From an uncultured virus (IMG/VR IMGVR_UViG_3300043411_001204) (taxonomy: Duplodnaviria > Heunggongvirae > Uroviricota > Caudoviricetes), in the IMG/VR virus record IMGVR_UViG_3300043411_001204: DNA of 64,000 bases, one strand, 5' to 3'. The notes below the pieces were generated by a model. It ran no database searches, was not told the origin of the DNA, and worked only from the letters and a program-made list of their open reading frames with translations. Below, piece by piece: positions 18,798 through 26,900 of the stretch. The position numbers were made by a program, and so were the translations under genes. Each line of letters opens with the position of its first letter. Position 1 is the first letter of the stretch.

Positions 18798-19799
18798 ATG
18801 CGTCAATATCTCGATCTTGTGCAAAATGTGCTGACTCTCGGAACTCGAAAAGAGAATCGAACTGGCGTAGACACTCTCAGTACCTTTGGTCACTACTACG
18901 AGGTTGACTTAGCTTACGGGTTCCCACTCCTAACAACCAAGCAGATCTCCTGGAAAAACATAGTCATCGAGATCCTTTGGTTTCTTTCGGGTCAGACAAA
19001 TATCTCAATCCTCAAGAGGCATGGCTGTAAGTTCTGGGATGCTTGGGCTGACCCTGAGACTGGGTTAGTTCCAAGTGCATACGGAAACTTCTGGAGGCAG
19101 TTTCCGGTTCACGGAATGTTCCTAGACGACAACTGTAACGAGTTTGGGGATGCATTAGGGCCTCCGATTCCAAAGCCAACGATCGAGTTCAATGACCAGA
19201 TTCGATGGGTTATCGACGAGCTAAACCGAAACCCCATGTCTCGACGTATGGTTGTTTCTGCTTGGGCTCCAGGGAACGCTCAGACCAGTAAGCTTCCACC
19301 CTGCCACAGTATCTTCATGCTTAACGTCCAGAATCGGAACATCGTTCATTACGTTCCAGAGGAGGGTAGGACCGACCGGCTTGTTCCTAGTGTAGTGGGG
19401 ACGAAACAGAGGGTATGCTTGCACCTCACTCAGAGGAGCGCAGACGTCGGTATCGGAATTCCGTTCAACATCGCGAGTTACGCCTTACTCCTTAGTCTGT
19501 TCTCTCGATTCTCTGGGATCGAGCCTGGTATCTTTGGACATACCTTGGTAGACGCCCATGTTTACACGGCAAAACCAGATGGGTCGATGGCGGAGTACGA
19601 CCATGTTCCGGTATTGAAGGAGCAGTTGACTCGAAAGCCAAAAGACCTTCCGAAGCTTATCATTTCAGACCAGATCAAGACCCTATCCGACGTAGAGGCT
19701 CTCATGCACCCCTCCGTAACGACAGAGGAGGTCATGAAGCACTTCGTGCTTGAGGGCTACGACCCTTGGCCTACTTTGAAAATGAAGGTTGCCGTATAG
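18798..19799 (+). CDS. thyA: Thymidylate synthase
   Basis: RTGVDT, GFPLLTTK, SRR, LPPCH, QRSAD, PFNIASY, DAHVY. Confidence 0.97.
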   Translation: MRQYLDLVQNVLTLGTRKENRTGVDTLSTFGHYYEVDLAYGFPLLTTKQISWKNIVIEILWFLSGQTNISILKRHGCKFWDAWADPETGLVPSAYGNFWRQFPVHGMFLDDNCNEFGDALGPPIPKPTIEFNDQIRWVIDELNRNPMSRRMVVSAWAPGNAQTSKLPPCHSIFMLNVQNRNIVHYVPEEGRTDRLVPSVVGTKQRVCLHLTQRSADVGIGIPFNIASYALLLSLFSRFSGIEPGIFGHTLVDAHVYTAKPDGSMAEYDHVPVLKEQLTRKPKDLPKLIISDQIKTLSDVEALMHPSVTTEEVMKHFVLEGYDPWPTLKMKVAV

Positions 19800-20034
19800 T
19801 CCAAACGAAGGTTCTGTACAGTGCCGTGACCCAGATTGGGGTGGGTGGCGACCCGGACCGTGGTGGAGGGAGCTTGAGGGTGAAATAGCTCTCATGGAGC
19901 AACGTAAGGCAAAGTACCTTGCGGGCTTGCGTAAGGAAGAGGCTCGCGAAAAAGCAAAAGCTGAATCACTAGAAAGTGCTAAGTTTGAAGCATACCTTGC
20001 CTTGCAGCAGACGAAACCTAATGGAAAACGGTAA
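19789..20034 (+). CDS. Hypothetical protein
   Basis: 81 aa ORF. Confidence 0.45.
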   Translation: MPYSPNEGSVQCRDPDWGGWRPGPWWRELEGEIALMEQRKAKYLAGLRKEEAREKAKAESLESAKFEAYLALQQTKPNGKR

Positions 20035-20036
20035 TC

Positions 20037-20588
20037 ATGACTCAACTTGAATTTCTTCTATCTGAGGTAGCTTGGCTTACAAGAGAGCTTGAATCCCTAC
20101 CAGACTCCGCACCTATTACCAAAGCTTCAACGAGATCACGTCTAGCTGAGGTGGAAAGGCAGTTAGAGTTTGAACGTTCGCGTAAAGCTACAACAGTAGA
20201 GGGTAGATTTGTGTCTGGTTCATGTCTAGGTGAAATTTGCTCTACCTGCATAAAGCACTTGGGCATTCGAGTCCAGGCCACTTGCAAGGTTGGAGAAGAG
20301 ATAGCGTTCGATGACCCTAACCCCCATAGGCACAACCTAACTGCGTATCTATGCTCAAGGCACTTTGATGAGATCTTTAGTACTCCAACTGTAGCTGGAC
20401 TTGCCGATCGCGAATCGCTCGGCAAGATCGTTCGTGAGGTCTGGATCGAGTGGGCGAAAGAGCAGCCCGACCCGAAGCCATCGTGGCTTGTTCCGTGGGA
20501 GGGATTGTCCGAGCCTGACAAGGAGGTAGATAGACGTATTGGGGAGCGCCTCGCTAGGCATGCTGGGCTGGAGGTACGAGGTGGTTAG
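20037..20588 (+). CDS. Hypothetical protein, apparently mosaic (coil, Cys/His module, short RyR-like tail)
   Basis: CxxC/CxxH pairs; WLVPWEGLSEPDKEVDR tail. Confidence 0.55.
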   Translation: MTQLEFLLSEVAWLTRELESLPDSAPITKASTRSRLAEVERQLEFERSRKATTVEGRFVSGSCLGEICSTCIKHLGIRVQATCKVGEEIAFDDPNPHRHNLTAYLCSRHFDEIFSTPTVAGLADRESLGKIVREVWIEWAKEQPDPKPSWLVPWEGLSEPDKEVDRRIGERLARHAGLEVRGG

Positions 20589-20734
20589 GCCGTGGTGCGA
20601 GCGTGAGTTTCCGGTCATGCGCGAGTATCCCGAATATCAGGGTCGCATTCTGGAGGATAGGCCGTTGAGTAGTGTTGCATCGGCCCTCGCGGCGGATCGG
20701 ATCAGGATCTACGTACACGATTGGGAGTTGGGTG

Positions 20735-21019
20735 ATGGTTGACCTGAAAACCACACCGGAGGAGAGGGCAGAACTCCGCAGCAACGACCCGATGCCGTGG
20801 ACGGTGCGTGGCCGTCAGGCGAGCGCCATCGTGATGGCCGCCCTCGACGACCTTGACACCCTCCTCGCTGAAAACGCTCAAAAAGAGCGCGAGCTTCAGA
20901 CGGCACGCCTTCGTATCCATGAGGCTACCCAAAAGCTTGTTGCTGAGTTTGGAGCCGAGGGTCCAGCCAGTCTAGAGGACATGATTGAAAAAGCTACCTC
21001 AACAGGGGAAATCGGATGA
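20735..21019 (+). CDS. Hypothetical phage protein
   Basis: MVDLKTTPEERAEL..., coiled-coil. Confidence 0.5.
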   Translation: MVDLKTTPEERAELRSNDPMPWTVRGRQASAIVMAALDDLDTLLAENAQKERELQTARLRIHEATQKLVAEFGAEGPASLEDMIEKATSTGEIG

Positions 21020-21079
21020 GACATGGAGTATCTGGTGTAGTGTTGGGGTGGGTAAACAGTGTGAAGGAGTAGATTTCAA

Positions 21080-22453
21080 ATGAGAGTTGTGTACAAGACT
21101 ACAACAGGGGTATCTAGGTTAAACGAGTCGAATCCAGATGTGACGGGTAAGCGTTACACACTACGGTTCTATGTGAAGGCGAAAGACCTTCCGCTAGGGC
21201 TTCCTGCCCACGGAAACGTAAGGAAGCCAAACATCAAGAGGAAGCTCTATGGTTCAGTAGAGGGGTCCTTCAAAGACCTTGAGAACGACCTTTTCCACAT
21301 TCAAAATCGTGGCATCACGACATACTCCGAAAAGGTTGAAATTTCTGAGGATGGGATGGATGTGGCTGTAGAGATCAGTGATAACCCATCTGATAAAGGT
21401 GGAGTTGCAGATGGGAGACATACTGAAACACTCCTTCTTGGTACAGAGACTCAAGAGGGTATTCGAGACTTCCGCCCAGACCAGGAGGTTTTAGTTACTG
21501 TATTCCATGGGATAGATGTAACTAAGCGTACAAGTTGCACTGTCGCCTTAAACTCGACAATTCCTGTTTCGGAAGTCTCCAAGTTCAATGCTCAAGGGTT
21601 TTTCGAAAGCCTGAAGCTAGCTATAGCCAATACGCCTATGGCTGGACGAGTTCAGTTTGAGCAAAACGGGGACGGACTTAAGGGTGCTTCTGTAGCCCAT
21701 CTTATAGAGGTACTCTACACTCTTCGGTTAGACCTATTTGAAGATAACCTTGAATCAGTCAAAAAACGCGGACGACACCCTTGTTATGTTGTTACCGCAA
21801 CAAAGCAGAAGGTTCACGAGAACTTTCCAGTCGACCAGTTGGAGTATGAAAAGTTCTACCCAATAATCGGGACAATTGGGTATCTCTACGACTATATCGA
21901 GGGATTCTCTCATTCGCTATTCCAAGCTCAGAAGAAGGGTAAAAAGGCCTTTCAACGGGAGAATCAGGGTAAGAAGAAGAGGAAGGGTAGGTTGACTACT
22001 TGGACTGGAATGGACGTGAATCTAGTGCTTCACCGAAATGCGGTACTGCCTATGATCTCAGCCTTCCGATTCATGCTAGAGATTGGCCCAGACGGCAACT
22101 ATCGATGGAAAATTCCATTTCCTCAGGTGCTCAGCCTGTATTGCCATGTAGCTGGGACCTGGATTGGATGGATTACTAACTACCTTGGAAGCCTCAGCGT
22201 TACTGGCACTAAAACCAATCTAATGCTCATCCAGGCTCTACAAGAGTTTGCTAAGGACCGAGAAGGTGTTTGGACAAGATTCTACGCGGATCTAGAGTAT
22301 CGGTGCTTAAAAGACCCTAGTCTCCTGACACGGAAGTATACAGGCAGAAATCTGCCTGTATTTGAGGAGGAAGACGACGATGACTTGCTAGAGCAGCTTG
22401 CCTTAACAGACGAAGATGAAGATGAAGATGCGGACGATGCCACTGAACTTTGA
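21080..22453 (+). CDS. AIPR-family (ParB-like) protein
   Basis: GNVRKP, FHIQNRGIT, GGVADGRHT, ALNS match the AIPR pattern; acidic tail. Confidence 0.7.
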   Translation: MRVVYKTTTGVSRLNESNPDVTGKRYTLRFYVKAKDLPLGLPAHGNVRKPNIKRKLYGSVEGSFKDLENDLFHIQNRGITTYSEKVEISEDGMDVAVEISDNPSDKGGVADGRHTETLLLGTETQEGIRDFRPDQEVLVTVFHGIDVTKRTSCTVALNSTIPVSEVSKFNAQGFFESLKLAIANTPMAGRVQFEQNGDGLKGASVAHLIEVLYTLRLDLFEDNLESVKKRGRHPCYVVTATKQKVHENFPVDQLEYEKFYPIIGTIGYLYDYIEGFSHSLFQAQKKGKKAFQRENQGKKKRKGRLTTWTGMDVNLVLHRNAVLPMISAFRFMLEIGPDGNYRWKIPFPQVLSLYCHVAGTWIGWITNYLGSLSVTGTKTNLMLIQALQEFAKDREGVWTRFYADLEYRCLKDPSLLTRKYTGRNLPVFEEEDDDDLLEQLALTDEDEDEDADDATEL

Positions 22454-22468
22454 GGAACTCAGGCTAAC

Positions 22469-22765
22469 ATGAAGATACTCAACATAACTTCCGCATCGTA
22501 CCTGCACGACGGAAGCGGTTACCGGATCCGCGTAACGTTCTCAGACGGTTCGGAGGGTGTGGCAGACTTTGCTGGACACCTTACCGGGTCTCTCGCTCCC
22601 CTCGCAGACAAGAAGCTGTTCGCGAAGGTGTCTGTCGACCGTACACTGATCTGGCCAGGCGACTTTGATGTGGCGACTGAGTTCGTCTACGCGCTCGCAC
22701 ATGGGCTCACCCCTCCAAGGAACCTGGAGGACGTGAAGATCAACCAAGGCCAGAGGCTGACATGA
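22469..22765 (+). CDS. DUF2442-family protein
   Basis: YRIRVTFSDGSEGVADF...LADKKLFAKV...TLIWPGDFDVATEFVY. Confidence 0.8.
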   Translation: MKILNITSASYLHDGSGYRIRVTFSDGSEGVADFAGHLTGSLAPLADKKLFAKVSVDRTLIWPGDFDVATEFVYALAHGLTPPRNLEDVKINQGQRLT

Positions 22766-23301
22766 AACCTAAGCTCATTGTAGCTACCAGTGCGAACGGG
22801 GTGATTGGGATCGACGGCAAGATCCCATGGCGCAAACCAGAGGACTTGAAGCGATTCAAACAAATTACCCTTGGTGGCGTACTTATCATGGGTAGGCGGA
22901 CTTGGGACTCGATTGGGAGGGCGCTACCAGGGCGTAGGACGTTTGTTCTGAGTTCCAACCCCGACCTAAAGCTGGAGGGAGCTGAGGTCTTCTCAAGCCT
23001 TCCTGACGCGTTAGCGGCAGCAGGAGAGACCGACCAGGTCTGGATTGCAGGTGGGTCTTCTGTTTATGCAGAAGGTCTTCAGTACTGCGATGAACTAGAC
23101 ATCACGGTTGTGAATTCTGAAGTTGTCGAGGGGCCAGACGTAGTAACTATTCCATGGTTTGTAGCCCTTCGTGCTGCCCAGCGTGCACGTCTAATGGTGG
23201 GGGATTTCCACTTAACTCACCAAGAGACTAACCCAGCTGACGGCTCTCTTGTTCACTGCAAGTACAATCGAATAACTTCTATCCACTACAGCACTAGGTA
23301 A
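22762..23301 (+). CDS. folA: Dihydrofolate reductase
   Basis: NGVIGIDGKIPW, EDLKRFK, IMGRRTWDSI, LPGR, IAGG. Confidence 0.95.
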   Translation: MKPKLIVATSANGVIGIDGKIPWRKPEDLKRFKQITLGGVLIMGRRTWDSIGRALPGRRTFVLSSNPDLKLEGAEVFSSLPDALAAAGETDQVWIAGGSSVYAEGLQYCDELDITVVNSEVVEGPDVVTIPWFVALRAAQRARLMVGDFHLTHQETNPADGSLVHCKYNRITSIHYSTR

Positions 23302-23303
23302 TC

Positions 23304-23672
23304 ATGTATCGGTTTGCGGTTCAAGCCCTCAACACAGACAACATCACAAAGGTAGCCGAAGTGACAATTCGAGCTGCTAGTCAACTTGGTCTCAACTTCA
23401 AACACTTGGGAGTTGTAGATTGGATGACCTTAGGTACGTCCAAATTTCTGATACTGCAAGCCAATCTCCCCTTTAGTAAGCCGCTACTGGACTTGTTGTT
23501 CGAGAGTGGTCGAGGGGTAATCGGCATTACTCCATTTGGATTTGAGGTGAGGTTGGGTACAAAGACTGCCAAAGTAGCGTCCACTCAACTACAAGGTCCA
23601 GCGAAAAATCCACTTAGTTACCTAGGCCCTGGGGACCCTCTTTGGGAGAGGCAGTTTACCAAGCCCAACTAG
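23304..23672 (+). CDS. Hypothetical protein
   Basis: 122 aa ORF. Confidence 0.55.
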   Translation: MYRFAVQALNTDNITKVAEVTIRAASQLGLNFKHLGVVDWMTLGTSKFLILQANLPFSKPLLDLLFESGRGVIGITPFGFEVRLGTKTAKVASTQLQGPAKNPLSYLGPGDPLWERQFTKPN

Positions 23673-23725
23673 CAATACAGTTTCTATACGCTACCTAGGG
23701 TATCACCTCTAAGGAGAGCCGATAG

Positions 23726-24376
23726 ATGAAGCTCGTAGCAAAAGAACTCTCTCGTCTTGGACATGACCTCGCTAACTTGGGGGACACCCTCCACTCAAGT
23801 AGAGTTCTGCTTGCTCATGAAACCGTGATGTCTCTGAGTAGGATAGCTGAGGAAGAAGAGTCTGACTTTACGAAGGCCGCACGACGTCTATCGGCAGAGC
23901 TTACTCCAACCAAGAAGAAGAGTGGTTGGTGGGATCCTCCCCACAACTACCTAATCAACATGACCCTCATGGGCACGTTGAATTGCTGGGTATTCTCTAT
24001 CCTACCTAAGTTTGCAGCGAAGACCGCCTACCGTCCAGCGTCTGGTAGCCAGCCTGAGGGGTTGGTTATTGACCCTAGTTGGAACCCAGACTACGCTGGG
24101 CCTACCAAAGGGGAAACCTTCGACCCAACGGACAAAGCCCTCGATATCCTTATTCGAGAGGCGAAGTCCATGGCGAACGTACAGCATACGGTACAGCATG
24201 AGCTGAAGTGGGTAGAGACCAAGTTCGGAGTAGAGATTCCTGCAAAGATTCAAAGTGACCTCATTCAAGGAGCTTTGAAGGTGGCAGCTCGTAGGTGGGG
24301 CGTGAATCGGTTGACCCAGAAGAGAATCCTTGTGCCCTTCGATGGCAGTAAGGCTCAGGAGTTGTCTTCTTGGTAA
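23726..24376 (+). CDS. Hypothetical protein
   Basis: AAGGAG SD; 216 aa. Confidence 0.65.
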   Translation: MKLVAKELSRLGHDLANLGDTLHSSRVLLAHETVMSLSRIAEEEESDFTKAARRLSAELTPTKKKSGWWDPPHNYLINMTLMGTLNCWVFSILPKFAAKTAYRPASGSQPEGLVIDPSWNPDYAGPTKGETFDPTDKALDILIREAKSMANVQHTVQHELKWVETKFGVEIPAKIQSDLIQGALKVAARRWGVNRLTQKRILVPFDGSKAQELSSW

Positions 24377-25125
24377 AAATAGCTGCTGTCCAATTCGCCC
24401 CATCCTTCCGTAAGAAGCGGGAGAATGTGCAGCGTATGGCTCGACTTGCAATCGAGGCTTCCGCTGAGGGGGCTAAGCTTATCGTTTTCCCTGAGTTGGC
24501 TACAACTGGGTACTCCTACATGAGCACCAAGGAAGCCGAGGAAGACGCTGAGATCGTAGGATTTGGTCAGCCCACAATGGACTTCTTCCTAGGTATAGCT
24601 CAGAAGACCAATGCCTGCTTGGTTTGGGGGATGGTTGAAAAGGACTCTGGGTCTGGTAAGCTCTACAATAGCCAAGTATATCTTGAGCCGAACGGCTACT
24701 TCGAGAAGTACGCCAAAATCAATCGCTGGGGAAATGACTTTCTTTGGGCTACCCCAGGGAAATCAAACCCTCCGGTCATACGAACGACCTTTGACCGTAA
24801 GGACCTACGCGTAGGTCTCCTCGTATGCCGGGACATACGGGATAAGGTCAACGATGACTGGACGAACCTCTATTCGCCTGGGGATGCAGACGTAGTAGCC
24901 TTCTCTGCAAACTTTGGGGATGGTGGATTTCCAGCAGTCTCTTGGGTTGACTTTGCCATGGACAACAAGACCACTTTGATCGTATCGAATCGCTACGGTG
25001 AAGAGGGTGGTAAGCCGAATAAGTTTGGTGGGGGTGGGTCCTGTATCATTGATCCGTCTGGTACGGTGCATTGTGAGGGGCTCCAGTGGAATGCAGACTG
25101 CATCATTTACTCTGAGGTAAAGTGA
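24370..25125 (+). CDS. Carbon-nitrogen hydrolase (nitrilase superfamily)
   Basis: E-K-C triad: VFPELA, YAKIN, LVCRD; LYNS; GGSCIIDPSG. Confidence 0.9.
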   Translation: MVKIAAVQFAPSFRKKRENVQRMARLAIEASAEGAKLIVFPELATTGYSYMSTKEAEEDAEIVGFGQPTMDFFLGIAQKTNACLVWGMVEKDSGSGKLYNSQVYLEPNGYFEKYAKINRWGNDFLWATPGKSNPPVIRTTFDRKDLRVGLLVCRDIRDKVNDDWTNLYSPGDADVVAFSANFGDGGFPAVSWVDFAMDNKTTLIVSNRYGEEGGKPNKFGGGGSCIIDPSGTVHCEGLQWNADCIIYSEVK

Positions 25126-26066
25126 TGCAGTCAACCCTTGACACCAAGATCGCCTTGAAGGTAGCCTACTTCTTTCAAGACCGTATGGCAAAAAGGGTTG
25201 CAGCGAAGTTCTCGTTCACAGCTGGGTTGAATGAGGAGCTGCTTGTCAAGTTCGGCAAGCTATTCCAGGACTTCAGTGGGGATGCTGCTCTTGAGGTTGC
25301 CAATTGGTTTAAGGACACCTTCCGATTCGACGTGTCCAAAACCCCACAAGGTCAAAGAGACCTCAAGCTAAAAGCTGAGAAGTTGCATTGGTGGCTAACA
25401 CAATCAGCAAGCCTTAAGTCCCGGTTCAATGGGCAAGGGGTTCAATTCTCCAACGAGGAGGATACCCCCGACTTAGCCTGGGCCCGAGGCGGTAGAGAAG
25501 CGAAAAGAGTTTGGGAGGAGGAGGTCCAACCATTGGCTGGTGATCTTATCCGATACTTCTCCAACGAAGGCAGTAAGATCGTCCCTAAGGAGGTTCAGGT
25601 TGGAGGTAACACTTACCTGAACCTTGTTGGGTTCGACCAGAAGAAAATTGGTCAGTACGTCACAGCTATGGAAGCTGTTTTCGGGGACGTCAAGGGTTGG
25701 AGACGGAAAGCTTTTGCTGGGGGACTTACCGTAGCCTTTGCTGGACCCAAAGACTTTCGAGGTACTGCGGCGGGCAAGTACAAGTCCGACCAAGACATCC
25801 TCTACGTAAGAGCTACCCCGAATGTTCTAAAAAGGGCAGGAGGCAGCTACGGCGCTCTTGACTACATTCTCATTCATGAGCTAGGTCACAGGTACGAGAG
25901 AAAAGTTGGCACAAAGTTTGACTTTGAGCGACAGGAGTGGTGGACCAGCCCCTACAGCAAGAAGGACGGAGAGCAGTTCGCAGAGCTGTTTGCAATCTCT
26001 AACTTCGACCTTAAGGGGCCATGGAACCAAGAAGTCGTAGCTAAATTCGACGCTTTGATGGAGTGA
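25122..26066 (+). CDS. Zinc metallopeptidase, lethal-factor-like
   Basis: IHELGHRY and YSKKDGEQFAELF. Confidence 0.7.
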   Translation: MMQSTLDTKIALKVAYFFQDRMAKRVAAKFSFTAGLNEELLVKFGKLFQDFSGDAALEVANWFKDTFRFDVSKTPQGQRDLKLKAEKLHWWLTQSASLKSRFNGQGVQFSNEEDTPDLAWARGGREAKRVWEEEVQPLAGDLIRYFSNEGSKIVPKEVQVGGNTYLNLVGFDQKKIGQYVTAMEAVFGDVKGWRRKAFAGGLTVAFAGPKDFRGTAAGKYKSDQDILYVRATPNVLKRAGGSYGALDYILIHELGHRYERKVGTKFDFERQEWWTSPYSKKDGEQFAELFAISNFDLKGPWNQEVVAKFDALME

Positions 26067-26095
26067 ATTCCGTGGGGTTCGGTGTATCCCTCTAC

Positions 26096-26359
26096 ATGCG
26101 GGAACCTAGATTCATACTGACCAACGGAACAAAAATCCTTACTCACGCGAAGTTGGACCCCATAACTGGGTTTTCGATTTCATCCAAACACATTGATTTG
26201 CGGAAGCCAGAGACAAGTGGAGAAATCTACGGGGTTGTGGCTGGGCATGGAGGGGATGTGTATTGGGTACGGCATGAGGGGGATGTGTACCCAGCAGCTT
26301 ACTGCTACTCAGAATTTGAGCTAGTAGCTGAAGCCACTACGGTGGTAGATCCATGCTAA
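26096..26359 (+). CDS. Hypothetical protein
   Basis: ATG 9 nt after GGTGTA; GHGGDVYWVRH. Confidence 0.6.
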   Translation: MREPRFILTNGTKILTHAKLDPITGFSISSKHIDLRKPETSGEIYGVVAGHGGDVYWVRHEGDVYPAAYCYSEFELVAEATTVVDPC

Positions 26360-26892
26360 TCGATGCAACGAACCTTGTGTTTTTCGACTCTACTCAGTAC
26401 CCAGGGCGATTGGTTGTGGTCCTGGAAACGGATGGTCGGCATGAATTTGGGCTTCTTGAAGGGCCAACTATGGAGCGGGCTCCTACCATTGAAGACCCTA
26501 AGCTTTCTGGGGGTGGGTTTGAGGTATTCGAGGTAATTCTCGAGTCAAACCCAAAACCAAACCAGGTGCTAAGGTACCACTTTGCGGCTACCTCTTTGAA
26601 AAGCGGAGCTTACCTTACCTACCCAACCGGGCGTGAGCTGATTCTAGTAGAGAGTGAAGGGGATTGGAGCGTGCACTTCGCAGGGGTCGAGGTGGCACTG
26701 CCTGACTATGGGGCCATGGTTACTGTTGAGGGGGAGGGGAAGTCCAAAACTATCCAACTAGCTAGGGAAGTTGCGGCTGCAAAACTCTCGGATCTGGCCT
26801 CGGCTCAGAGCAACCTTCAGAAACGGCGTACACCCAAAGCAAACCCCAAGAAGGCACGCAAATCTCTCGTAAGCAGTAAGGGATCGGTGTAG
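26353..26892 (+). CDS. Hypothetical protein
   Basis: 179 aa, basic tail. Confidence 0.6.
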   Translation: MLIDATNLVFFDSTQYPGRLVVVLETDGRHEFGLLEGPTMERAPTIEDPKLSGGGFEVFEVILESNPKPNQVLRYHFAATSLKSGAYLTYPTGRELILVESEGDWSVHFAGVEVALPDYGAMVTVEGEGKSKTIQLAREVAAAKLSDLASAQSNLQKRRTPKANPKKARKSLVSSKGSV

Positions 26893-26900
26893 ACTACCTC

